From: Candidatus Latescibacterota bacterium
Lineage (GTDB): Bacteria; Latescibacterota; UBA2968; UBA8231
Assembly: GCA_965215195.1 (NCBI GenBank)
Contig: CBDCDC010000001.1
Span: 480,001 to 544,000, forward strand
DNA length: 64,000 nt
Direction of reading: 5' to 3'
Shown: positions 46,639 through 55,784 of the stretch, piece by piece
How positions within the stretch are numbered: the first letter of the stretch is position 1
How the letters are laid out: every line of letters starts with the position of its first letter
Made by a program: the position numbers and the translations under genes
The notes under the pieces: model-generated
Told to the model about the DNA's origin: nothing
The model's input: only the letters and a program-made list of their open reading frames with translations
Database searches by the model: none

Positions 46639-47850
46639 ATGAGCAGTCAAAAAGACTACATCGTCCGCGCCACCCACTGTAGCCACCAAGCGTCGCTGGA
46701 TGCGATCTACGACAGGCTGGTGGCGATCACCGCGCCCTTGCACCGGTCGTGGGCCAAGATCGAAAAGGCGCGGCGAATCGGCATCAAGATCAACATGCAG
46801 ATGCGCACCCATAATATCCGCCGGATCGGCGGGCGGCGGCAGGAATTGGTGGACGACGACGTGATGCGGGCGGTGCTGCGGCTTTTGCGGGAGCGCAGCA
46901 ACGCGGAGATATTCGCGCTCGATACCAGCGCTGCGCGGCCGGGCGAGCGCCCGGGCGACGATTTCAATGCCGGGCCGATCTTGGAGGAATTCGGCGTCGA
47001 ATACGTCGAGGCCGGCGACCCGCCCTTTGAGCGTTACAAAGTGCCCAACGGCGGGATCATGTTTTCCGAGTACCAGCTTTCGGCCGCCTTGGGCGAGGCC
47101 GACGCCTTTGTGTCGCTGGCCAAGATGAAAAATCACGGCTTCATGGGCATCACCCTGTGCCTGAAAAATCTCTTTGGCCTGCCGCCAATCCCGCCGCACG
47201 GCCGGCTGCGCACGTACTTCCACCACGTCATTCGCCTCTCGTATGTCCTGCCCGACTTGGGGCTGATTGCCCAGCCTTGCCTCAACATCATCGACGGCCT
47301 GACCGGGCAAGCGCGCATGGAATGGGGCGGCGAGGGCCGGATCGCCGACTGCTTGGTCGCTGGCGATCACGTCATTGCCACTGACGCCTGCGGCTCCTAC
47401 CTGATGGGCACCGACCCCCGGCTTGATTGGCCGACGCCACCGTTTCGCCGCGACCGCAGTCCGGTGGCCGTGGCGGCCGAGCACGGCTTCGGGACGGTGG
47501 ATATGGACGAAATCGACTTTGCCATGGACGGCCTGACGCCGCCGGTAGCCGAGTTCGATTCGGCTGAAGCCGAGCCGCCGGAGCAGATCGCGCTGTTGCG
47601 GCGCACCGCCAGCGAGCAGGCCCTTTTTTACCGCGACCACTGCGAGCGGATTTGGGACGCCCACGCCGGCAATTACGTCTTTTTGCAGGATGGCGAGGTG
47701 ATTTGGAGCGGGCTTAAGCCCGAGGAAGCGGGGGCCGTGCAGCACGTCGCCGCGGGCAAAAAGGATCAGGCGGTTTGGCTCAAACTGGCCGATCCAGAAG
47801 AGCGCGAGGGCGAGCGGATGGAGGTGTACGAGAAAATTTTAGCGGCCTAA
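46639..47850 (+). CDS. DUF362 domain protein
   Basis: IKIN, SLAKMKNH, TLCLKNLFG, LNIIDG, ATDA. Confidence 0.75.
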   Translation: MSSQKDYIVRATHCSHQASLDAIYDRLVAITAPLHRSWAKIEKARRIGIKINMQMRTHNIRRIGGRRQELVDDDVMRAVLRLLRERSNAEIFALDTSAARPGERPGDDFNAGPILEEFGVEYVEAGDPPFERYKVPNGGIMFSEYQLSAALGEADAFVSLAKMKNHGFMGITLCLKNLFGLPPIPPHGRLRTYFHHVIRLSYVLPDLGLIAQPCLNIIDGLTGQARMEWGGEGRIADCLVAGDHVIATDACGSYLMGTDPRLDWPTPPFRRDRSPVAVAAEHGFGTVDMDEIDFAMDGLTPPVAEFDSAEAEPPEQIALLRRTASEQALFYRDHCERIWDAHAGNYVFLQDGEVIWSGLKPEEAGAVQHVAAGKKDQAVWLKLADPEEREGERMEVYEKILAA

Positions 47851-47905
47851 CGGGAGGGGATTAGTCGGCTCTATGGCTTTGAGCCAACCGCCGCTAACGC
47901 TGCGC

Positions 47906-48889
47906 TCATCGCGCCTCTCGCTCCACCAGTGCGCTGATGGCTTCGAGATCGAGGTCGCTGCCGTCATGGGGATAGGCGTAGGGCAGGAGCCACCAGTCCT
48001 CGGTGAAGGATGCCTCGCGGCCGGGCGGAATATCCTCACGCGGGCCGATTGGCTCCAACTCGCACATCAGATTCTCGTAGTACCATATCGAGATCGTCAG
48101 CCCGGCCAGTTCGCCATAGGGGCGGTCCGGGTACACCGGATAGCGCTTGACCCACAGCAGGTCGTTGCGGTCGAGATAGGCAAACCATCCGGCTTGCGAG
48201 TCCATGCCGAGCTTGGGGCGCAAGGGGGTGGCGAGGACTTCGAGAAAGTTGTCGCGGATGCGGATGTTGGGGTCTTCGGGGCGGTAGTTGATGACCGGGC
48301 CGGGGCCGTACATGACGTAGGAGGCCGGGAAGCGGCTCGCAGGCGTCAGGGGAATGAGCACGATGCCGCCGCCGGTGCCAAAGGTGCGGCTCCAGTGGCC
48401 CCAGTGCTTTTCGCGGTCGGAGACATTTTTGATGGTCTGGGTGACGCGCAAGTGCGTGGAGTGCTCGGCGAGCTGGAAGTCGCGAATGAGCTGGACGCCG
48501 GTAGGCTCGTCCTTTTTGCTGATCAGGCGCGCCGAGCGCGGGCCGGTGATCTGGCTTTCCCACGGTCCGAGCCAAAGGTCGGGGTGGGCGGGGATGACCA
48601 TTTCCGGGCCGATGTCGAGGCGGCCGCCAGTGGGACCAAAAGGAGGGTCGCCGTCGGCAAAGGTCGCGCCTTCTTGCGCGGGGTCGAGGTAGATGGCGTT
48701 GGGACCTTTGCGCGAGTATTCGAGGACGCGACCGGCCGATGCGGTGAGGACGACGCGGGTGTGGGCGTTTTCGAGGCGGATGCAGTCTTCGTAGCCGAAG
48801 TAGGTGATGCGGTCGGTTCCGGGCATGTTGTGGTCGGCCTTAGCTTGGGTGGCGGCGAGGGTGAGGACTAGAAGCATTAGTCGGCGCAT
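47906..48889 (-). CDS. Secreted galactose-mutarotase-like (DUF4380-like) protein
   Basis: Signal peptide; GRVLEY, GGRLDIGPE, QTIKN, ELEPIGP, EDWWL. Confidence 0.55.
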   Translation of the reverse strand: MRRLMLLVLTLAATQAKADHNMPGTDRITYFGYEDCIRLENAHTRVVLTASAGRVLEYSRKGPNAIYLDPAQEGATFADGDPPFGPTGGRLDIGPEMVIPAHPDLWLGPWESQITGPRSARLISKKDEPTGVQLIRDFQLAEHSTHLRVTQTIKNVSDREKHWGHWSRTFGTGGGIVLIPLTPASRFPASYVMYGPGPVINYRPEDPNIRIRDNFLEVLATPLRPKLGMDSQAGWFAYLDRNDLLWVKRYPVYPDRPYGELAGLTISIWYYENLMCELEPIGPREDIPPGREASFTEDWWLLPYAYPHDGSDLDLEAISALVEREAR

Positions 48890-48901
48890 AGCGTGTTTTC
48901 C

Positions 48902-49876
48902 TTACTCGTTGGGGTTGACAATGACGCGCCCTTGCACTTTGCCCGCTAGGATGTCCTTGCCGAGACGGGGGACGTCGGCTAAACCGACCTCAGTGCAGAT
49001 GCGATCTAATTTTTCCAAGGGCAATTCGGTGGCTAGACGCGCCCAAGCGGCTGCGCGGCGCTCGGCCGGGTAGAAGACCGAGTCAATGCCGAGGATGTTG
49101 ACGCCGCGCAGCAAGAAGGGGATGACGGTGGTTGCGAATTGGGCGCCGCCGGCCAAGCCCACGGCCGCGACGGAAGCTCCGTAGTTCATCTGGGCCAAGG
49201 CGCGGGCCAAGGTGGTGCCGCCGACCGAGTCGATGCAGGCGGCCCAGCGCGCACTTTCTAACGGTTTGTTGGATGGCTCGGCGAGGGCTTGGCGCGGGAT
49301 GATGGTCTGGGCACCGAGGTCTTTTAGATAGGGTTCGAGTTCGGGGCGGCCAGTGGACGCGGCGACTTGGTAGCCCAGCGCGGCGAGCAGTAAAACGGAT
49401 AGGGAACCAACGCCGCCGGCCGCGCCGGTGACGAGGACTTCCCCCTTGTCGGACGCGAGGCCGTGGGCTTCGAGGGCTTCTAAGGAGATGGCCGCGGTCA
49501 GGCCGGCCGCACCCAAGCCCATGGCAGTGCGCAGCGTCAGACCGGCGGGCAGGGGCACGAGCCAGTCGGCCTTGAGCCGCGCCTTTTGCGCGTACCCGCC
49601 CCAGTGGATTTCGCCGACGCGCCAGCCCGTGCATATAACTGGGTCGCCGCGTTGGAACTGGTCGCTCTGGCTGTGGACGACGGTGCCGGCGAGGTCAAGG
49701 CCGGGGACGTGGGGATAGGTTTTGACCAAGCCGCCTTGGCCGTTGAGGATCAATCCGTCCTTGTAGTTGAGCGAGGAATAGGCGACGGCGATTTCTACGT
49801 CGCCGGCGGGCAGGCGGCTTTCGTCGAGTTCTTCGATGAGGGCCGAGTGCTCGTGTAAGATGAGTGCTTTGAACAT
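48902..49876 (-). CDS. acuI: MDR-family acryloyl-CoA reductase (AcuI/YhdH)
   Basis: YSSLNYKD, VTGAAGGVGS, ASTGR, PFLLRGVNILGIDSV. Confidence 0.88.
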   Translation of the reverse strand: MFKALILHEHSALIEELDESRLPAGDVEIAVAYSSLNYKDGLILNGQGGLVKTYPHVPGLDLAGTVVHSQSDQFQRGDPVICTGWRVGEIHWGGYAQKARLKADWLVPLPAGLTLRTAMGLGAAGLTAAISLEALEAHGLASDKGEVLVTGAAGGVGSLSVLLLAALGYQVAASTGRPELEPYLKDLGAQTIIPRQALAEPSNKPLESARWAACIDSVGGTTLARALAQMNYGASVAAVGLAGGAQFATTVIPFLLRGVNILGIDSVFYPAERRAAAWARLATELPLEKLDRICTEVGLADVPRLGKDILAGKVQGRVIVNPNE

Positions 49877-49967
49877 GGTCTTTATAGGTTTGAAAGAGGG
49901 GTAATGGGTTCGTTGGAGTGCCAATGCGTCCCGACCGGATTGTCCCGTTTGGTCGTCGAATCCACAC

Positions 49968-50213
49968 TTAGTTGTCGGCATAGGGACTGTATAGCACGGA
50001 AGCCGGCAGTGTCATCGGTGGTTCTCCGACTCGTTTGATTAGGTACGGCCCGCGCCCGAAACGCTGTACGGCGTTGTCGGCTGCCACTTCAAACGAGTCA
50101 TAGATCCCGGCCAGTTTCTCGTCATGTACAACGACCCACTCACCGAAGTGCTCTAATTCGAGGTCGGTACGCAGGCGTTCGTACGCGGCGATTTCTTGTT
50201 TTAGCCTAGGCAT
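49968..50213 (-). CDS. Small DUF5678-like protein, separated from its promoter and RBS by the IS
   Basis: EIAAYE..LELEHFGEWVVVHDEKLAGIYDSFE; the reconstructed empty site gives AAGGAGG-N6-ATG. Confidence 0.65.
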   Translation of the reverse strand: MPRLKQEIAAYERLRTDLELEHFGEWVVVHDEKLAGIYDSFEVAADNAVQRFGRGPYLIKRVGEPPMTLPASVLYSPYADN

Positions 50214-50217
50214 AATA

Positions 50218-51102
50218 ACCAATGGTGCTAGTGAGTTGACCGTGGTCAAGGTAGTTCCTACGCTGAGGGTATCCCCCCTTTCAGCGAAGGAGCGTCCCAT
50301 GACCACGGCCGAGTTTATAATAGCCCTGTTCTGTCGAATCGACCACCAGATGGGCGATGTGCCCAAACACCCCCAAGCCGCCTTATATCCCAGCGAAACG
50401 GTGACCTTGGCGGTTCTGTATGCGCTCAAAGGGGGCGGCAAACGGGCGTTTTATCGCTGGGTAGCGCGCGATTGGCGCGCCTTTTTTCCGCGCCTGCCCG
50501 AGCGCACCCGCTTGTTCCGCCTGTTTGCCGCCCATGCGGACTGGACCGATCGCTTTCGAGCGGACCCCACCCCTTTAGGCGTGATCGATAGCTATGGCAT
50601 CGAGTTGATCCATCCAGTACGCGAAGGCCGCTCCGCTCACCCTATCGGCCGGAAAGGGCGGTCCAATCACCGCTGGATCGTCGGCGGCAAGCTGGGCTTG
50701 ATCGTCAACCAATGGGGCTTGATCGTCGATTGGGATTGTAATACCGCCAATGTCCACGATACGGTCTTTCACCCGATGATTGGCCGCTACGAAGAGCAGA
50801 TGATCCTCCTCAGCGACCAAGGCTTTCATGCCAAAGCCGGTGATCCGGCCAATCTGAAAGTGTGTCCCCGCAAAACGTGGGGCGAGCGTATGGTCATCGA
50901 GACCGTCTTTTCCATGCTGACCCGCATCGGGCACTTCAAGCGACAGACCCATCGAGCCTGGGCCTACTTTAGAGCGCATCTGAGCTTTGCCATGGCCACC
51001 TTCAACCTGCTGGTTCAGTGGCACGGGTTGCAACCCGATGAAAATGGATTCGTCCGCTTGTCCATCGCGGAATTTAGCTTGTAGCCCACTAGCACCATTG
51101 GT
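50218..51102 (+). mobile_element. IS982-like insertion sequence, 885 bp
   Basis: Perfect 16-bp TIRs ACCAATGGTGCTAGTG / CACTAGCACCATTGGT; 5-bp TSD TAATA at 50213-50217 and 51103-51107. Confidence 0.88.
50299..51084 (+). CDS. DDE transposase
   Basis: FPRLPERTRLFR, VIDS, GGKL, ANVHD, SDQGF, RMVIETVFS. Confidence 0.88.
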   Translation: MTTAEFIIALFCRIDHQMGDVPKHPQAALYPSETVTLAVLYALKGGGKRAFYRWVARDWRAFFPRLPERTRLFRLFAAHADWTDRFRADPTPLGVIDSYGIELIHPVREGRSAHPIGRKGRSNHRWIVGGKLGLIVNQWGLIVDWDCNTANVHDTVFHPMIGRYEEQMILLSDQGFHAKAGDPANLKVCPRKTWGERMVIETVFSMLTRIGHFKRQTHRAWAYFRAHLSFAMATFNLLVQWHGLQPDENGFVRLSIAEFSL

Positions 51103-51132
51103 TAATATGCCTCCTTCTTAAGTATTACTTGC

Positions 51133-51161
51133 AGCGTACCATGCTCAAATCGTCGTGTCAA
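51133..51161 (-). promoter_or_regulatory. sigma70 promoter, originally for the DUF5678-like gene
   Basis: TTGACA-N17-TACGCT with extended -10 TG, followed by AAGGAGG at about 51110-51116. Confidence 0.65.
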
Positions 51162-51532
51162 GATTCCCGCTTGAACAAGCTCACGAAAATACGCCGTACT
51201 CGAGGCGACCGAGGAGGTTTTCGACCTCGCGGGCACCTTATGGGTTTATTTTTTTGCTTAGACGATGAAGACATGATGGGAGCGCATCCTCCTTTTCGCG
51301 AAGGAATTGAGGCTATATTGCCATGTAAGATGGGCCGTATGGCGTTATGGCAAACTTATAGCGTTTTCGCCCCCACCTCCGGCTCGTTGTGGACTAACTT
51401 CCTCAGATTGGGAGATGGCGAACAGAAGGTAATAGATCGCGCCTGTCCATGCCGAAGCTAGTTGCAAAAGCGGACCATCTCCCACCGACCAAGGAGGGGC
51501 TAAGAGGTTCTTTCAACTAGCGCAAGCGGTGT

Positions 51533-53443
51533 TTATTGACAGAAGGCTAGCCCTAGGACAGGTAAGTCGTTGTTCGGTACATCTTGCAACGCTGAGGGGA
51601 TGCACCCGGTCAACGCGTTGCCGTCGAGATATAGGTATTGCAGGTTTTCGAGTTGTCCGAGTGTTTCGGGAATCGGCCCCGTCAACCCGTTGAAGGAGAG
51701 AGACAGCCTTTGCAGGTTGGTGAGATTGCCCAACGATTCGGGAATCTCCCCCGTCAACTCGTTGCCGTCGAGAGACAGGGCTTGCAGGTTTTCGAGTTGT
51801 CCGAGTGTTTCGGGAATCTCCCCCGTCAACTCGTTGCCGTCGAGAGACAGGCGTTGCAGGTTGCTGAGGGTGCCTAACCATTCGGGAATCTCCCCCGTCA
51901 ACCCGTTGGAGGAGAGAGACAGGCGTTGCAGGTTGGTGAGATTGCCCAACGATTCGGGAATCTCCCCCGTCAACTCGTTGGAGGAGAGAGACAGGCGTTG
52001 CAGGTTGGTGAGATTGCCCAACGATTCGGGAATCTCCCCCGTCAACTCGTTCCAGGAGAGACCCAGGGCTTGCAGGTTGCTGAGGGTGCCCAACGATTCG
52101 GGAATCTCCCCCGTCAACTCGTTGCCGTCGAGATCCAGGGCTTGCAGGTTGCTGAGGGTGCCTAACCATTCGGGAATCTCCCCCGTCAACCCGTTGGAGG
52201 AGAGAGACAGGCGTTGCAGGTTGGTGAGATTGCCCAACGATTCGGGAATCTCCCCCGTCAACTCGTTCCAGGAGAGATATAGGGCTTGCAGGTTTTCGAG
52301 TTGTCCGAGTGTTTCGGGAATCTCCCCCGTCAACTCGTTCCAGAAGAGATCCAGGGCTTGCAGGTTGGTGAGATTGCCCAACGATTCGGGAATCTCCCCC
52401 GTCAACTCGTTGAGGGAGAGATCCAGGGCTTGCAGGTTGGTGAGATTGCCCAACGATTCGGGAATCTCCCCCGTCAACCCGTTGGAGGAGAGAGACAGGC
52501 GTTGCAGGTTGGTGAGATTGCCCAACGATTCGGGAATCTCCCCCGTCAACTCGTTGAAGGAGAGATCCAGGGCTTGCAGGTTGGTGAGATTGCCCAACGA
52601 TTCGGGAATCTCCCCCGTCAACCCGTTGACGGAGAGAGACAGGCTAGTGACCCGCCCCTCGTCATCCGTTTCGACTCCGTACCATTGATTGAGCGAGTAC
52701 GCGTTGCTGATGAGCCAGTTCGTATTGTTCTTCCAGTTAACGCCGCCGGTAGCTTTATAGAGCGCGATCAACACCGCTCGATCTCGGTCTCCGGCTAAAC
52801 CGATTCCATCCGGCAACATCGAGCCAAGCCCGATACCATCCGGCAACGTCGGGTCAAGCGGATTCGCAACATAGGTCATAATAAGCAGGACATCGGCTAC
52901 GTCTATCTGACCGTCTTCGTTGACATCCCCTAGGGCGATATTGCCTTGATTGGGCGCGACGAAGGAGATGCGTTCTAAGGTATAGAGCAGCACGAGTAGC
53001 GCGTCCGCTATATCGACTTGATTATCGTTGTTGACATCGCCCAGTATGCCCGCCGCTTGTGCGGCCTTGCCCGCAGGATGGGACCGCGGAAGCTCACCGA
53101 CGGTTACGGCCTCTCCCGTAAAGACAAACGCCGTGTCCACATAGGTTGCCATATAGGGACCGGCAACGCCCAACCAGTAGCTCGGCCGCTGGGGCACAGA
53201 GACCACGAAGCCGCCTTGGGCACCCACCGGCGCACGGGCCAGCACCACCAGACGCTCCGCGTCGATGATAATCACCTCGGCTCCCGATACCAAAGCTCCC
53301 TCAACCGTCACAATCTGGCCTCGTTGGACCTGTTCCGGGCCAGACGGATAGAGGGGATTGGAAAATTGGTTTTCAGGCCGGTGGTTGCTGTCGCCACAAG
53401 CGATCATGGACAAGGCGCACATCACAACGAATAGGCTACGCAT
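51533..53443 (-). CDS. Lipoprotein with a dockerin domain and 15 plant-type LRRs
   Basis: MIAC lipobox; GDVNNDNQVDIADA / GDVNEDGQIDVADV; DRAVLIALYKATGGVNW cap; 24-aa LxxLxLxxNxLTGEIP repeats. Confidence 0.9.
   Translation of the reverse strand: MRSLFVVMCALSMIACGDSNHRPENQFSNPLYPSGPEQVQRGQIVTVEGALVSGAEVIIIDAERLVVLARAPVGAQGGFVVSVPQRPSYWLGVAGPYMATYVDTAFVFTGEAVTVGELPRSHPAGKAAQAAGILGDVNNDNQVDIADALLVLLYTLERISFVAPNQGNIALGDVNEDGQIDVADVLLIMTYVANPLDPTLPDGIGLGSMLPDGIGLAGDRDRAVLIALYKATGGVNWKNNTNWLISNAYSLNQWYGVETDDEGRVTSLSLSVNGLTGEIPESLGNLTNLQALDLSFNELTGEIPESLGNLTNLQRLSLSSNGLTGEIPESLGNLTNLQALDLSLNELTGEIPESLGNLTNLQALDLFWNELTGEIPETLGQLENLQALYLSWNELTGEIPESLGNLTNLQRLSLSSNGLTGEIPEWLGTLSNLQALDLDGNELTGEIPESLGTLSNLQALGLSWNELTGEIPESLGNLTNLQRLSLSSNELTGEIPESLGNLTNLQRLSLSSNGLTGEIPEWLGTLSNLQRLSLDGNELTGEIPETLGQLENLQALSLDGNELTGEIPESLGNLTNLQRLSLSFNGLTGPIPETLGQLENLQYLYLDGNALTGCIPSALQDVPNNDLPVLGLAFCQ
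51600..52645. repeat. 72-bp tandem repeat array encoding the LRRs
   Basis: Recurring ttcgggaatctcccccgtcaac...ttgcaggtt with 72-nt period. Confidence 0.95.
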
Positions 53444-53629
53444 GGCATGTTTTTGCGGTTTAGAGTGAAGAGCTGACCGGATCGAACGCACTTTAGGCGA
53501 TGCGCTATCGCCGTATCAGCGCATTAAAAGGCCCTTTACAAGGTGGATGGAACACACGGATTTTAGCCTGGGCATAGTCCCAACTCGCCTGTTGCATCGG
53601 TGCGTATTCTGTCTATTGTCGCAGTGCCC

Positions 53630-54577
53630 CTACTCGGCGGCATCTAACAGGTTCTTAAAGGCTTCGAGGCTGGGCACGTGTATAGCCGCCCGATGCAACT
53701 GCTTGAGACGCTGCACATCGTCAATGGCCCCAACACGGTCAGCCAACGGATCCGACGCGGCCAGCGCAAAGCGAACCTCTAGCACATCGAGCAGGGCTTC
53801 AATGGCGCGTTCTCGGCCTCCTCGCTTGATGCCTCGCTCGATGCCTTGCTCAATGCCTTGCTCAATGCCTTGCTCAATGCCTCGCTTAATGCCTTGCTCA
53901 AGGGCCTTTTCCGTGAAATACTGCACTACTGACGATTCGTACATGGTCTCCTCCGAGATGATGGTCATTATGGTCTCTGAGTTATACACCAATCCGCTCA
54001 AAATCGCAAGATCGGCTAGGTAATTGGCCTTGAGGGTCTCGTCCATGGGCACCGCTTGCGCCCGGCTTATACACTGGCGCAACCATGCTTCCGCATCCAC
54101 ATCGGCCGGTCGCTGCATCAACGGCGCGAAAGGGATCAAGCCCGGATGCTCCTCGGCGAGAATGCCTTGGCCGGCTATGTCAATCAGCCGAATCACCTTG
54201 TACTGCACCAGCACGCGGTAGCCGTGCCGCTCTTGGAGATAATACCCCGGATCGGTGCGGCCGGCGTTGGGACGCAGATAGATGACGTTGGAGTAGATGG
54301 GCAGGCCGTACTGCTCAATGCCGCGCCCGATGTAGCCGGCCATGCGGAGTGGCATGGGTGATTTGCTGTCGGTGGTTTGAAATTCGTGATGGATCAACGC
54401 CTCCTCACCGCCGACTTGTACGTGGATGAGGCTGTCAGTGCGGTGGGCTTCGACGGTGGGTTGCTCGGTGTCAACGACGCCAAGGACTTCGATGTCGTCT
54501 TGGGGGAGGGCGAAGTGGGCGAAGTCGTGGGGGTAGGTGTGGATGAGATGTTTGGAGATGGTATCAAATTCAGCCAT
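53630..54577 (-). CDS. Rpn-family PD-(D/E)XK nuclease / putative transposase, copy 2
   Basis: FDTISK, DSLI..HHEFQT..MPLRMAGY, GIEQ repeats; paralogous to 518-1471. Confidence 0.8.
   Translation of the reverse strand: MAEFDTISKHLIHTYPHDFAHFALPQDDIEVLGVVDTEQPTVEAHRTDSLIHVQVGGEEALIHHEFQTTDSKSPMPLRMAGYIGRGIEQYGLPIYSNVIYLRPNAGRTDPGYYLQERHGYRVLVQYKVIRLIDIAGQGILAEEHPGLIPFAPLMQRPADVDAEAWLRQCISRAQAVPMDETLKANYLADLAILSGLVYNSETIMTIISEETMYESSVVQYFTEKALEQGIKRGIEQGIEQGIEQGIERGIKRGGRERAIEALLDVLEVRFALAASDPLADRVGAIDDVQRLKQLHRAAIHVPSLEAFKNLLDAAE
53820..53902. repeat. Imperfect 12-bp tandem repeat (GIEQ/GIKR) in Rpn copy 2
   Basis: About 7 units related to gccttgctcaat. Confidence 0.85.
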
Positions 54578-54618
54578 GCGCCATGCCTTGGGTTGCGGGT
54601 GGGATGGTACCCGCGACA

Positions 54619-54635
54619 GGCAAGAATCGTGCCAA
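54619..54635 (-). promoter_or_regulatory. sigma54 promoter upstream of Rpn copy 2
   Basis: TTGGCACGATTCTTGCC, 41 bp before the ATG. Confidence 0.75.
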
Positions 54636-54769
54636 GGCGGCGGTTCAGAGGGGCGGAGGGGGATAGGAGGCGCTGGAGTGTAGCGGAAAGGATACAGGGA
54701 TGAGAAGTTAGGGACAAAAGCTGCGTAACAACGGATGGCCCCACGCCGCCCTCGTAAAAGCGAATGCAC

Positions 54770-55582
54770 TCACTCCACAGGGATTTCGTCGTTGAAAACT
54801 TGGGTGCGCTTCATCAGGCGGCGCTGGTCTGGGGGGAAGGCGAGGCGGCGGTGCATGGTCGGGCGGTTGTCGAAGAGGACGAGATCGCCGACTTGCCACG
54901 CATGGGTCCAGACAAAGCGCGGCTGTTCGAGATGGGCGTACAGTTGGCCGAGCAGGGCGTCGCTGTCTCGGCGGCTGAGGCCGACGACGTATTTGGTCAA
55001 GTGCGGCCCTACGTAGAGCGAGCGGCGGCCCGTTTCGGGGTGGGTGCGGACGATGGGGTGGGCGACGTGCTCGGGGGGGTTTTGCGCTTCGACGTGGTGG
55101 CGATGCACGGCGCGCATTCCCTTGAGGCGGATTTTCCAAGCGTCGTCGAGCGCCTCGTACGCGGCCGTGCAATTGCACCACTCGGTCTGGCCGCCCTCCG
55201 AGGGGATCTCCACCGCGTAGAGCACCGACAGGGTGCCGGGGCGCGGCAGGTACGAAAGATCCGAATGGAAGGGGATCAATTCGTCGCCTAATTCGCCGAT
55301 TGGCTCGCCGTTTTCTTTGACATTGGAGATGAGGAAAATCTCCTTGACCCGCCGCGGGCGCTGCTTGCGCACGTGGGGTACGGGTTGGCCAAAGTACGCG
55401 GTGAAGTGCACTTGGTCTTCGTCGCTGAGTTGCTGCTGGCGGAAAAAGACCACGCCGTAGTCGAGCAGTGCTTGGCGCACCTCGGCGACTTGGGCGGGCG
55501 CGAGCGGTGCGGACAAATCGCAGCCTTTGATCTCAGCGCCGAGTGCGCCGCCGGTGGGTACAATTGTTAGCTCAGAGTCCAT
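54770..55582 (-). CDS. TauD/TfdA-family 2-oxoglutarate-dependent dioxygenase
   Basis: GVVFFRQQ, FHSD, HPIVRTHPETGR, FDNRPTMHR. Confidence 0.9.
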   Translation of the reverse strand: MDSELTIVPTGGALGAEIKGCDLSAPLAPAQVAEVRQALLDYGVVFFRQQQLSDEDQVHFTAYFGQPVPHVRKQRPRRVKEIFLISNVKENGEPIGELGDELIPFHSDLSYLPRPGTLSVLYAVEIPSEGGQTEWCNCTAAYEALDDAWKIRLKGMRAVHRHHVEAQNPPEHVAHPIVRTHPETGRRSLYVGPHLTKYVVGLSRRDSDALLGQLYAHLEQPRFVWTHAWQVGDLVLFDNRPTMHRRLAFPPDQRRLMKRTQVFNDEIPVE

Positions 55583-55616
55583 TTGAAATTCCGCGTACGC
55601 CCCAAACGGCTTCTTA

Positions 55617-55784
55617 GAAGCGGTCTGAAAATTCCGCGAACCGTCCCTTGTGTGCAGCAAACAATCTAGGAGCGAGGACATCTCGCCCTCGAAAAACGCG
55701 CCCTCCGAGCACCGCTTGACCACTACTCAACGCGATCCGCCGGGAGTTTGTCACGCCTAAAGGCGCGGTGAAGCAGACCGCTTC
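55617..55784. mobile_element. 168-bp MITE
   Basis: 11-bp TIR GAAGCGGTCTG / CAGACCGCTTC flanked by TTA on both sides. Confidence 0.7.

Noticed and set aside
51600-52645. CRISPR array (regular 72-bp period)
   Set aside because: No unique spacers; units are in-frame LRR codons; no cas genes in the window
51570-52688. Long plus-strand repetitive ORFs
   Set aside because: Antisense shadows of the LRR repeat
51533-53443. Diversity-generating retroelement target
   Set aside because: No reverse transcriptase or template repeat in the window; differences between units are block-wise rather than adenine-specific
55583-55723. N-terminal extension of the TauD-like ORF
   Set aside because: Runs through the MITE; family similarity begins at MDSELTIV
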